Shown piece after piece: positions 1 to 9,261 of a stretch of 64,000 nucleotides of DNA; the first letter of the stretch is position 1; the number at the start of each line of letters is the position of its first letter. Below the pieces are notes generated by a model, which was not told where the DNA came from, searched no databases, and saw nothing but the letters and a program-made list of their open reading frames with translations. The stretch comes from Methanothrix sp. GTDB lineage: Archaea; Halobacteriota; Methanosarcinia; Methanotrichales; Methanotrichaceae. A program made the position numbers and the translations under genes. The stretch covers positions 1 to 64,000 of the forward strand of contig JAXGJB010000006.1 of NCBI GenBank assembly GCA_040770465.1, in the 5' to 3' direction.

Positions 1-269
1 GCGGCTCCGAAGGGGCAGGCGAGCCGGCAGAGGCCGCACCTTGTGCACAATCCCTCGTCGAAGGCGACCTCGCCCCCCTCCTGGCGGAGCGCCCCGGTGG
101 GACAGACGATGGCGCAGGGGGCGACCTCGCAGTGGTGGCAGGAGACGGGGACCGACGCCCGGTCCTTCACCGCCTCCACCGATATCCTCGACTCGCCGTG
201 CTCCCTCTCGCACGCCACCTCACAGGCGTGGCAGAAGATGCACCTCTCCATATCAACGTAAATCTCCAA
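1..269 (-). CDS. 4Fe-4S dicluster ferredoxin-like protein (CooF/HycB-like), truncated by window edge
   Basis: Manual translation from TTG at 269 gives MEIYVDMERCIFCHACEVAC...CHHCEVAPCAIVCP...CTRCGLCRLACPFGA, with multiple CxxCxxCxxxC motifs; GGTGA RBS upstream; not in ORF track. Confidence 0.85.
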   Translation of the reverse strand, partial: MEIYVDMERCIFCHACEVACEREHGESRISVEAVKDRASVPVSCHHCEVAPCAIVCPTGALRQEGGEVAFDEGLCTRCGLCRLACPFGA

Positions 270-381
270 TCCTTTTCACCCCTTTCACCCCTTTCATCTC
301 GCCGATTCGAAAGCCATCAACCTCGAACTCCGACCGATCATGTCGATCCCAAAAAGTGGTCAGTGGTCGGTGGGAGGTCCG

Positions 382-897
382 TCACCGGCTCCCGCCGGCG
401 GCAACCCCCCTCGCCATCTTCAGGGCGGACTCGACCCTCTTCGACTCGGAGAACTCCTCCACCTCTTTGAAGACGAGCGCTCCCGCGGGACAGGCGGTGA
501 CGCAGGCGGGGACATCCAGGTCGGGGCACCGGTCGCACTTGATGGCGATCCTCTCCTCCTTGTTTCTGCCGATCATCCCGTAGTTGCAGACCGAGGCGCA
601 GGTCCAGCAGCCGATGCACGCCTCGGGGTTGTGGGTCACCACCCGGGTGAACTCGTCCTGGCGGAGGGCGCCGGTGGGGCAGACCGCGACGCAGGGAGCG
701 TCCTCGCAGTGGCGGCAGACCATGGGAACCGAGATCGCGTACTCGGGGGCGAACTCGACGTAGACCCTCTTTCGGGGAACCGGCCGCTCGGCCACGGCTC
801 CAAAGAGGCTCTTCGTCCCCGAGTGCTCGACGGCGCAGGCGATCTCACAGGACCGACACCCCATGCACCTTTCAGGCCTTACCAAGATCTCTTTCAT
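382..897 (-). CDS. cooF: CO dehydrogenase-associated iron-sulfur protein (CooF-like)
   Basis: Four Fe-S motifs (CMGCRSCEIAC, CRHCEDAPCVAVCP, CIGCWTCASVC, CDRC...CVTACP); directly downstream of cooS. Confidence 0.85.
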   Translation of the reverse strand: MKEILVRPERCMGCRSCEIACAVEHSGTKSLFGAVAERPVPRKRVYVEFAPEYAISVPMVCRHCEDAPCVAVCPTGALRQDEFTRVVTHNPEACIGCWTCASVCNYGMIGRNKEERIAIKCDRCPDLDVPACVTACPAGALVFKEVEEFSESKRVESALKMARGVAAGGSR

Positions 898-934
898 CTG
901 ATCTCAACTCCTGGGAAATTGGGCGGGCGCGAGC

Positions 935-2812
935 CTAAAGCCCCAGCCCCTTCCTCTTCTCCTCGATCTTGGCGATCATCAGGCCTGCCGCCTTGAAGGG
1001 GTCGGGCTCCACGGCGAAGGTGGCGCCGACGACGCCTTCAACGTCCTTGGTGAGGACGCTTGTAACCACCGGGCTCCCGAGGACCGGCGGAACCGTCCCC
1101 AGGACGGTGTAGACCCCCGAGGATATGACGTAAGCCCCGATGCTGACGGCTTTCTCGCTCATCCATTCGGGGGCAGCGCCCGCGGCCGGCAAGTCGCTGA
1201 TGTCTACCCCCAGGTGGTTTGCGAGGGCCGCGGCCAGGACGAGGATCCGGCTGATGTCGACGCAGGAGCCCATGTGGAGGACCGGCGGAACGCCCAGTGC
1301 CTCACAGATGGGCCTCAGCCCCGGCCCCGCCTCCTTCGCCGCCTCGGGCTTGAGGAGCCCGGCCTTGGCGCAGGCGATGGCGTTGCACCCGGTGGTGACC
1401 ACCAGAACGTCGTTTTTGATCAGCTCCCGGACCAGGTTGACGTGGCCGAAGTCGTGCTGGATCTTGGGGTTGTTGCAGCCGACGACGGCTCCAACCCCCT
1501 TGACGGCACCCGAGACTATGGCGTCGATGAGGGGCTGGGGTGTCCCGCCAAGAGCTCCCAGAATCGCCTCGGCGCTGAACCCCACCATGCAGGCGCTCTT
1601 CTCTTTTGGTATGTTCACCCTGCCGGAGTCGCGGTTCGGGTAGTTCTCGACGGCGGCCTTCACGATCTCCTTGGCGATCTCCAGAGCCTTCTCCTCGTGG
1701 TACTCCATCCGAACCGTTCCTGGGAAGTCGGCCTTCGGGGACGTGGAGATGAACTTTGTGTGGTAGCAGCTCGCCAGGTTTCCGAGGGCGGGCATGATGC
1801 ACTGAACGTCCACCACCATCGCCTCGACGGCGCCGGTGATGACTGCCAGCTCCTGCTGGAGGAAGTTTCCTGCCGTCGGAACCCCGTGGCGCATGAGAAC
1901 CTCGTTTCCGGTGCAGCACATTCCGGCGACGCTGATCCCCTTCGCGCCCATCTTATTGGCAAGGGCGATCATCTCGGGGTCCTCGGCAGCGGCGACGATC
2001 ATCTCCGAGAGGATCGGCTCGTGGCCGTGGACGATTATGTTAACCTCGTCGGACTTCAGGACACCGAGGTTCGACTCCGACATTACGGGAGTCGGGGTGC
2101 CGAAGAGGACGTCCTGGACGTCGGTTGCGATCATCGAGCCGCCCCAGCCGTCGGAGATGCTCGTTCTGAGGCCGTGGAGGAGTATGTGAACGGGGTCGTT
2201 GTCGACGCCGATGTGAGTTCTGTGCATGCACTCGACGATCTCCCGGTCAACCCCCCTCGGGTCGATCCCGGCGTTCTCCCAGATCTTCTGCCTCTTCTCG
2301 GGAGCTCTCCGGGTGAACGTGATCGGTCCCGTCTGCTTTCCAAACTCCGATAAGAGGACGTTTGCAAGCTCCAACGCCACATCCCCGGGGTTTCGATCTA
2401 GTGTGGAGATGTCAAACTCAGCGGCAAGAGCGTTCAGCTTCGCCTCGTCCTTCACCGCGTAGCTTTTGGCTTTTCCCTCGGCCATCTGCTTGAACGTCAT
2501 GACGGCGTCCCGAGCGTGGTCGGAGTGGGCGGCTGCGCCCGCGGCTATCATCCGGAGGAGATTTCGAGCGACGATGATGTCGGCGGTGGCACCGCAGACT
2601 CCCTTGTCAGGTCCCTCGCCGAAGGGGTCGATCCGGCATGGGCCCATGTTGCAGTTGCGACAGCAGACCCCGAGCTGGCCGAATCCACACTGAGGCTGCT
2701 GCTTTTCGAAACGGTCCCAGGCGGTTTCTATCCCCGCCCGTTCGGCTTCCAAGAGCATCGCCCGGGTGGCGGGATCGACGCTCCTCTCGTTGACGTTCTT
2801 CGCCATTCTCAT
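935..2812 (-). CDS. cooS: Anaerobic Ni-Fe carbon monoxide dehydrogenase catalytic subunit (monofunctional CooS type)
   Basis: QPQCGFGQLGVCCRNCNMGPC, AAAHSDH, HGHEP, GMCCTGNE, VDVQC, GCNN, TTGC, GSCVD, EWMSEKA motifs. Confidence 0.95.
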   Translation of the reverse strand: MRMAKNVNERSVDPATRAMLLEAERAGIETAWDRFEKQQPQCGFGQLGVCCRNCNMGPCRIDPFGEGPDKGVCGATADIIVARNLLRMIAAGAAAHSDHARDAVMTFKQMAEGKAKSYAVKDEAKLNALAAEFDISTLDRNPGDVALELANVLLSEFGKQTGPITFTRRAPEKRQKIWENAGIDPRGVDREIVECMHRTHIGVDNDPVHILLHGLRTSISDGWGGSMIATDVQDVLFGTPTPVMSESNLGVLKSDEVNIIVHGHEPILSEMIVAAAEDPEMIALANKMGAKGISVAGMCCTGNEVLMRHGVPTAGNFLQQELAVITGAVEAMVVDVQCIMPALGNLASCYHTKFISTSPKADFPGTVRMEYHEEKALEIAKEIVKAAVENYPNRDSGRVNIPKEKSACMVGFSAEAILGALGGTPQPLIDAIVSGAVKGVGAVVGCNNPKIQHDFGHVNLVRELIKNDVLVVTTGCNAIACAKAGLLKPEAAKEAGPGLRPICEALGVPPVLHMGSCVDISRILVLAAALANHLGVDISDLPAAGAAPEWMSEKAVSIGAYVISSGVYTVLGTVPPVLGSPVVTSVLTKDVEGVVGATFAVEPDPFKAAGLMIAKIEEKRKGLGL

Positions 2813-3155
2813 GACCTCTCGTGCCTTCTTGAGATTTAAAGTGATATGACAAAAATTTACACGATCACCTATTTAGCTTTTGCCACATTTTTGTTGTTTA
2901 CACAGGCACATATCTTTTAAATGTGATGTAAACTTCGGCGAATGAAAGCGTTTAATGTAACTTTTATGTTATGCTACTTTTCATTTTACGCATCGTTGTC
3001 CATCTTAAATTTGCTGACATTCCGCTGAACAAAAGTTCGCTTCAATGAACGATGCCGTCCGATTATGTCGAGACTGCCGTTCCATCACGTTAATACATCT
3101 TTTGCATCAGCCCTCTCAGCCGGTCATCGATTCGCCTTTCGAAACGACCGAGATC

Positions 3156-3199
3156 CCTGAAGGGGTATCCCAGAAGGCCTTAAGGGATATCCCAAAAGG
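3156..3199. repeat. Tandem pair of 22-bp near-palindromic units, candidate operator
   Basis: CCTGAAGGGGTATCCCAGAAGG followed directly by CCTTAAGGGATATCCCAAAAGG in the cooS/MFS divergent intergenic region. Confidence 0.6.
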
Positions 3200-3783
3200 C
3201 GGATAACGTTTCTTGACCAGATTCAGCCACGTGGCAATAACTTTCCTATACATATTCAATTGAGGCTCTTTTCGACCTCATTACAACGAGGACAAAACCT
3301 TGGACCTAAATATGGGTTCGCCTAGGCGGAATCGATGACGTCAAAACGAATCTTTTTTGGTATATAATAGAAATAATTCTGATGTTTATGAAAAGCCATT
3401 CGGTCATTATTAGAGTATTTCAGTATTTTGCTGTATTCAAAGGGATAAAACTACTAAATATCACAAATAAAATGGGTTATATAGATCAATTAGATGAGTA
3501 TTTTGCATTATTTTAACTTTTTACAGACAGCAATCTATATATAGGGATTACCTCGTTGAAGTATGATGATGAGACTGAGCAAGGCAATCTCGCTCTGTAT
3601 AAACCTGCGCTCTGGCTTATAGTGCACCATTTTAGCGTTCGCTTAGCCCTGCTCAAATCTCCGCATCTGGCCTTCTCTGTCTATTGCGGCTTCCTGGTCG
3701 ATTTGACGGTCATGGCCATCTTGGGCATAGCTCTTTAGTATATTACTGTAAAAATTCGAACATGAAAATAGGAGGTGAAAAAT

Positions 3784-4419
3784 ATGAATCGCACCATAAA
3801 GCTCCTCATGATCTCGGACGTCTTCGTCCTCACGGGCTTCGGCCTGATCCAGCCGATCCTGGCCATCTTCATAAACGAGGGGGTGGCCGGAGGGAACATC
3901 CTCACCGCAGGGGTGGCGAGCACCCTATTTCTGGTGACAAAGTCCCTCGTCCAGCTCCCCTTCTCCCGATACATCGACAACAGCAAAACGAAGACTCGAT
4001 GGCTTATACTGGGAACGGCTCTGATCGCCGCAGTTCCGGTGATGTACATATTCATAGACGACATACGCCAGGTCTACCTGGCGGAGACGCTCTACGGCAT
4101 CGGGAGCGGCCTTGCCTACCCCACCTGGGTCGGGCTCTGGAGCCTGAACCTGAACCCTGGAAGGGAGAGCTTCGAGTGGTCGGTTTATTCCACCTCCACG
4201 GGCCTGGGGACCGCCGCCACCGCGGCCGCCGGAGCCGCCATAGCGAGCTTTGCGGGCTTCACCGCCACCTTCATCCTGACTGGGCTTTTGTGCATATTGG
4301 GGTGCGGCATCCTCCTGATGCTGGATCACGAGAGTGCTGAGAAGAGGAGGAGCGATTCAGTCGTAGTATCGATGGAGAGGAAGAGCAGATCCGGGATCGA
4401 TCGTTTCAGCCTGGACTGA
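3784..4419 (+). CDS. Half-size (about 6 TM) MFS-like membrane protein
   Basis: Hydrophobic helices with MFS-like patterns (GFGLIQPILAIF, YGIGSGLAYPTW); GGAGGTGA RBS upstream. Confidence 0.75.
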   Translation: MNRTIKLLMISDVFVLTGFGLIQPILAIFINEGVAGGNILTAGVASTLFLVTKSLVQLPFSRYIDNSKTKTRWLILGTALIAAVPVMYIFIDDIRQVYLAETLYGIGSGLAYPTWVGLWSLNLNPGRESFEWSVYSTSTGLGTAATAAAGAAIASFAGFTATFILTGLLCILGCGILLMLDHESAEKRRSDSVVVSMERKSRSGIDRFSLD

Positions 4420-4628
4420 CCGGACGGACCTGTGACCGATCACCCTTTCCGCCCATCTCTTCTTCATTCACCTCTTCGTTTTACATCCCCGTCACAAATT
4501 TGTCCTCCGGTCTGTCACCACTTCGTCTCGCATCCTCTCTTTCCGCCTTCTATCTGCCTTTTTCCCATTCCCAGCAACCCCTCATCTTCACGATGAGTAT
4601 TTAGTCCCCGAACCACCATCTCAGTGAC

Positions 4629-5612
4629 ATGCCTGGAGAGCTCTTGGACCGGTTTCGGGGCTGCATGCTCGGCCTTGCCGTCGGCGACGCCCTGGGGATG
4701 CCCGTCGAGGGGCTGACCTGCGACCAGATCCGCGAGGTGCATGGCGAGGTCTGTGAGATGGTCGCCCCGGCCGCCGACCACTTCCACTGCTGCCTCGGAC
4801 CGGGGCAGTACACCGACGATACCGAGCAGACCCTCATTCTTGCGGAGTCGATCATCGAGGCCGGGTTCTTCGACGTCGAGAGGTTCGCCTCGAAGCTCGC
4901 CCTTTGGGGACGGTGCTGGATCCAGGACCCGTCCCTGAATCGGGGCGTCGGATTGACCAGCAAGACCGCGATCCAGGAGCTTTTGAGGGACCGGCCCTGG
5001 CAGGATGTGGGACTACCGACGCCGACCTGCGGCTCTGCAATGAGGACGGCGCCGATAGGCCTCGTCTACCACTGCAGCCTCGATCTCGTCGCCAGGTACG
5101 CCGACCTCCAGAGCCTTCCCACCCATTCGTCGACCGGGGCGAGGGCGGGGTCCGTCGCCGTCGCCGTCGGGGTCGCCCTCTCCCTCCTCGGCTTCTCCAG
5201 AATCAAGGTTCTGGAGATGGCCGCCGCCTTCTCCGAGCGGATCGACCGGGGGTTCGGACGGAAGCTTCTCGTAGTAAAAGAGATGCTCGACCTCGATCCG
5301 CCGGAGGCGCTGGCGGAGATCGGAACGTCGCCGATGGTCTGGGAGACGGTTCCAGCCGCCTTCTATTGCCACCTGAAGTTCGAGCCGGAGGAGGCGCTGA
5401 TCGCTGCCGCCTCCTCGGGCGGGGATACAGACTCCATAGCCTCCATCGCCGGGGCCCTGGCGGGAGCGGCACGGGGCTCAGATTGGATTCCGGATAGGTG
5501 GCTATTGCGGCTTGAAGAGAGGAAGAGGATCGAGGAGGTGGCTACGGACCTCTCCTCAGTCGCATCGAGGATCTGTCCGGGGATGGTGAGCCAACAGACC
5601 AGTCAGCATTAA
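4629..5612 (+). CDS. ADP-ribosylglycohydrolase family protein (DraG/ARH-like)
   Basis: GLAVGDALG, YTDDTEQ, GSAMR, GGDTDSIASIAG motifs. Confidence 0.92.
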   Translation: MPGELLDRFRGCMLGLAVGDALGMPVEGLTCDQIREVHGEVCEMVAPAADHFHCCLGPGQYTDDTEQTLILAESIIEAGFFDVERFASKLALWGRCWIQDPSLNRGVGLTSKTAIQELLRDRPWQDVGLPTPTCGSAMRTAPIGLVYHCSLDLVARYADLQSLPTHSSTGARAGSVAVAVGVALSLLGFSRIKVLEMAAAFSERIDRGFGRKLLVVKEMLDLDPPEALAEIGTSPMVWETVPAAFYCHLKFEPEEALIAAASSGGDTDSIASIAGALAGAARGSDWIPDRWLLRLEERKRIEEVATDLSSVASRICPGMVSQQTSQH

Positions 5613-5717
5613 TTCTTATGTAACTTTTAACAGTAATTATTTATACTCCCAGAGCTAAATCGAAATAATCAAAAATATACCCAGTCTGGATATATGGGTT
5701 AACTGGAAGAAGCAAAG

Positions 5718-6380
5718 ATGTCCGATATTAGTTGGCTAGTCGCAGCGGTGGCCACTTCAGCATTCGCAATTTTTACATTTGCTGCACAGAAGATCGTGGA
5801 GTCGCGGTTTGCTGTCGCTGAAGCTAAAATTGCGAAGCAGGAAAAGCTCGAAGAGCTGAAGCTTTCCAGGTTAGCCCAGCTTAAAAAATTACAATCATTA
5901 CTTCGAGCGTCGCATGCAGTTTATAATATCCAGGCAAAAAAGAGAAACGAGCTAAACAAGTTGGTCAAAAGAGATTTTCCCCAGATAACAAAGACTGGGG
6001 TCGGGTATGAAGACAACTTATCAAAAGCATATCCTCTATTCGATTCTGAGATTCACTCGGAGCATATTGAGCTCCACAAAATAATAAGAGGATATACGAT
6101 CTATGCCATCAGACCATTGAATCTTGCCGTGCTGAATTGGCTTCAAGATGATACGTACTTCAAATCGCGACTGAATGACAAAAATAGCCTTGGAGAATTG
6201 GCGAACAAGCTTGCAAATTTGGAGATACATCTCCTACTTTGGATCGCAAAATATGAGATGTGGATCCCGAAAAGCCCGGAACATTGTCTCGTATATATGG
6301 CGGATGAGAAAGATCACGGTTTGGGCTTTCCTAAGGGAATTGAAAATCTGATCGAAGAGGTGCTAGTCGAATTGGCCTAA
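5718..6380 (+). CDS. Hypothetical protein with N-terminal TM helix and coiled coil, AT-rich insertion
   Basis: 220-aa ORF, visibly lower GC than its neighbours, no recognised motif. Confidence 0.7.
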   Translation: MSDISWLVAAVATSAFAIFTFAAQKIVESRFAVAEAKIAKQEKLEELKLSRLAQLKKLQSLLRASHAVYNIQAKKRNELNKLVKRDFPQITKTGVGYEDNLSKAYPLFDSEIHSEHIELHKIIRGYTIYAIRPLNLAVLNWLQDDTYFKSRLNDKNSLGELANKLANLEIHLLLWIAKYEMWIPKSPEHCLVYMADEKDHGLGFPKGIENLIEEVLVELA

Positions 6381-6504
6381 TGCTAAGCGCTCTTAAACGA
6401 GCACCTCGATTCTAAAGGAGGTCTCGTAATATCGGTTTTTCCGTTAGAAGGTTTCTTCGACGCCAGCGTGTCGATTTTATACCAGCCCGTATTGCTCTTC
6501 TGCC

Positions 6505-7530
6505 ATGATCAAGGTTGGAATAGTCGGCGGGTCCGGCTACACCGGCGGAGAGCTGCTCCGCCTCCTCAGCCTCCACCCCGGAGCCGAGGCGGTCTGCATC
6601 ACCTCCCGCAAGCTGGAGGGAAAATCGGTGGGTGACGTCCACACCCACCTCCGGGGGATATCCTCCCTCAAGTTCGAATCGCCATCGATCTCGGAGATCG
6701 CCGAGAGGTGCGACCTCGTCTTCACCGCCGTCCCCCACGGGACGGCGATGGACTGGGTTCCGGGACTGCGGGACGCTGGGGCGAAGGTCGTGGACCTCTC
6801 CGCAGACTACAGGCTTCCCCAGGACGTCTTCGAGAAGACCTACGGGATGAAGCACAGGGCCTTTCGGGAGGCGGTCTTCGGGATGCCGGAGCTTCACCCC
6901 GAGGTGAGGGGAGCCGAGCTGATCGGAAACCCCGGCTGCTACCCAACGGGCGCGACCCTCTCGGCAGCTCCACTGGTCAAGGCGGGCCTTGCAGAGAGGG
7001 TAGTCTTCGACTCCAAGTCCGGGATCTCCGGGGCGGGGATCGCCCCCTCCGAGACGAGCCACTACCCGAACATGGCCGAGAACGTCATCGCCTACAAGCT
7101 CACCACCCACAGGCACAGGGCCGAGATAAACCAGGAGCTTGGTCGGCTCTCGCCAGGGATCAAAGTCAGCTTCACCCCTCACGTCGTCCCCGCCATAAGG
7201 GGCATTCTGACGACGGCCCACATCCTGGTGAAAGACGAATACGTGGGCAAGATCCCCGAGAGGGCGGATATACTGAAGATCTACCAGGAGTTCTATCGGG
7301 ACTGTCCCTTCGTCAGGCTCGTCCCAGGGGTCCCATCCCTCGGCGCCGTCCGGGGCTCGAACTTCTGCGACATGGGCTTCGAGGTGGACGGGTCCGGCGA
7401 CAGGATCGTCGTCGTATCGGCGATAGACAACCTGGTGAAGGGAGCCTCCGGCCAGGCGATCCAGAACATGAACCTGATGCTGGGGCTTTCTGAGACCGAG
7501 GGGCTGTGGTTTCCGGGCGGCGCGCCCTGA
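6505..7530 (+). CDS. argC: N-acetyl-gamma-glutamyl-phosphate reductase
   Basis: GGSGYTGGELLRLL, DLSADYR, NPGCYPT, IDNLVKGASGQAIQNMN. Confidence 0.97.
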   Translation: MIKVGIVGGSGYTGGELLRLLSLHPGAEAVCITSRKLEGKSVGDVHTHLRGISSLKFESPSISEIAERCDLVFTAVPHGTAMDWVPGLRDAGAKVVDLSADYRLPQDVFEKTYGMKHRAFREAVFGMPELHPEVRGAELIGNPGCYPTGATLSAAPLVKAGLAERVVFDSKSGISGAGIAPSETSHYPNMAENVIAYKLTTHRHRAEINQELGRLSPGIKVSFTPHVVPAIRGILTTAHILVKDEYVGKIPERADILKIYQEFYRDCPFVRLVPGVPSLGAVRGSNFCDMGFEVDGSGDRIVVVSAIDNLVKGASGQAIQNMNLMLGLSETEGLWFPGGAP

Positions 7531-7592
7531 GGGGCGCCTGGCGGAGCCGGAGACTGAAAGGGTAAATAAATAGAGAGCTGTTGAGGTAGAGC

Positions 7593-8078
7593 ATGTTGGT
7601 AAGGGACGTGATGAATCCAGAGCCGGTCGCCTGCCAGGCGAGCGACGCCGTAAGCGACGCTGTGAAGCTTCTGAAAAAGAACGATATCAGCGGGATGCCG
7701 GTTCTTGAGGGCGAGCGGCTGGTGGGGGTGGTCTCCGAGTCGGATCTTCTCAAGATGCTCTCTGCAGAGGATGAGGGAGGACTGTGGCTCCCAAGCCCCC
7801 TTGAGATCCTGGAGGTTCCGATCCGGGACCTGATCCGATGGGAGAGGCTCCAAGCCGGGGCCGAGGAGATCGGCAAGATCCGGGTCACCGATGTGATGAC
7901 AAAGAAGGTCGTCACCGTCGGCCCCGAGGATACGATCGAGCGGGCTGCATCGATGATGGTCCGCCATCGGATCAACCGTCTCCCGGTCCTGGAGGGCGAA
8001 AAGCTGGTGGGGATCGTCACACGGGGAGACATCATAGCAGGGCTTGGGATGGGGGCGTCGGAAGTTGAAACGGATTGA
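7593..8078 (+). CDS. CBS domain pair protein
   Basis: VRDVM...ISGMPV...LVGVVSESD and VTDVMT...INRLPV...LVGIVTRGD. Confidence 0.9.
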   Translation: MLVRDVMNPEPVACQASDAVSDAVKLLKKNDISGMPVLEGERLVGVVSESDLLKMLSAEDEGGLWLPSPLEILEVPIRDLIRWERLQAGAEEIGKIRVTDVMTKKVVTVGPEDTIERAASMMVRHRINRLPVLEGEKLVGIVTRGDIIAGLGMGASEVETD

Positions 8079-9240
8079 TGGCGGGATATGCGCCGTCGAC
8101 GGGGTCAGGGCCTCCGGAGTGAAAAGGGGCAAGTACGGCGTCGCCCTGATCGCCGCCAGCGGCAACGCCGCCGGGGTCTTCACGACGAACAAGATCAGGG
8201 CGGCGCCCCTGGACGTGACCTCCGATAATCTGGCCGGCTCGAACGGAAGGCTTGCCGGGGTGATCGCCAACAGCGGCTGCGCCAACGCCTATACCGGCTC
8301 GCGAGGCATCGAAGACGCCCGCTGGATGGCGGCCCTCCTCGCAGGCCATCTTGGGGTCGGCGCCGACGAGATCGGGGTCGCATCGACGGGGGTGATAGGA
8401 AGGTATCTGGACCGCGACGTGATGAATGAGCTCTTCGGTGAGGCGAAGGCCCGTCTCCGGTCCGATCTTGTTGCAAGCTCTGAGGCGGAGAGGGCGATCA
8501 TGACCACAGACACCGTCGTCAAGGAGATCGCCGTCGAGCACGCCGGTTTTCGGGTGGCGGGGATCACCAAGGGCGCCGGTATGATCGAGCCGAATATGGC
8601 GACGATGCTCTCTTTCATCTACACCGACGCCAGGGTCTCGCCGGAGGTTCTCCGGGAGTGCCTGCTTGAAGCCGTCGACGAGAGCTTCAACATGCTCGTC
8701 GTCGACGGAGACACCAGCACAAACGACATGGTCCTGGTGACGGCCACCGGCAAGGTTGATGCTGACATTGCCTCTTTCAAGGAGGCGTTGAGCTATGTCT
8801 GCGTCGAGCTTGCGAAGATGATGGCAAAGGACGGAGAGGGGGCAACAAAGCTGGTTGAGACCCGCGTTCTGGGGGCGAGGAGCCGAAATGACGCCCGCCT
8901 CGCCGCCAAGGCGATCATGGGTAGCAGCCTCGTCAAGACCGCCATCTTCGGAAACGACCCCAACTGGGGGAGGATCGTGGCGGCGGCGGGAAGGTCGGGG
9001 GCCGAGATCGATCCCGATAAGATTACCCTCTCGATCTCCGACGCCAGGCCGGGTGAAGAGATCTTCCTCGTAAAAGACGGCGAGATCGTCGCCGGCGTCC
9101 TGGAAAAGGCCGAAGAGGCGATGAAGTCCGGAGAGCTTCTGATAACCCTCGACCTCGGCCTCGGAGACGGCGCCGCCCGCTCTTTCGGCTGCGACCTCTC
9201 CTACGACTACGTCAAGATCAACGCAGATTATACAACCTGA
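8065..9240 (+). CDS. argJ: Ornithine acetyltransferase / N-acetylglutamate synthase
   Basis: NSGCANAYTG, STGVIG, MTTDT, KGAGMIEPNMATML, DGDTSTND, DGEGATK, C-terminal INADYTT; likely TTG start at 8065. Confidence 0.96.
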   Translation: MKRIDGGICAVDGVRASGVKRGKYGVALIAASGNAAGVFTTNKIRAAPLDVTSDNLAGSNGRLAGVIANSGCANAYTGSRGIEDARWMAALLAGHLGVGADEIGVASTGVIGRYLDRDVMNELFGEAKARLRSDLVASSEAERAIMTTDTVVKEIAVEHAGFRVAGITKGAGMIEPNMATMLSFIYTDARVSPEVLRECLLEAVDESFNMLVVDGDTSTNDMVLVTATGKVDADIASFKEALSYVCVELAKMMAKDGEGATKLVETRVLGARSRNDARLAAKAIMGSSLVKTAIFGNDPNWGRIVAAAGRSGAEIDPDKITLSISDARPGEEIFLVKDGEIVAGVLEKAEEAMKSGELLITLDLGLGDGAARSFGCDLSYDYVKINADYTT

Positions 9241-9261
9241 GGACGGGGGGGGCGGGAAAAT

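Noticed and set aside
4629-5612. ADP-ribosylglycohydrolase as immunity partner of the binary-toxin-like protein
   Set aside because: It is separated by the arg operon, has host-like GC, no ADP-ribosyltransferase gene is seen, and ARH genes are common in methanogens.
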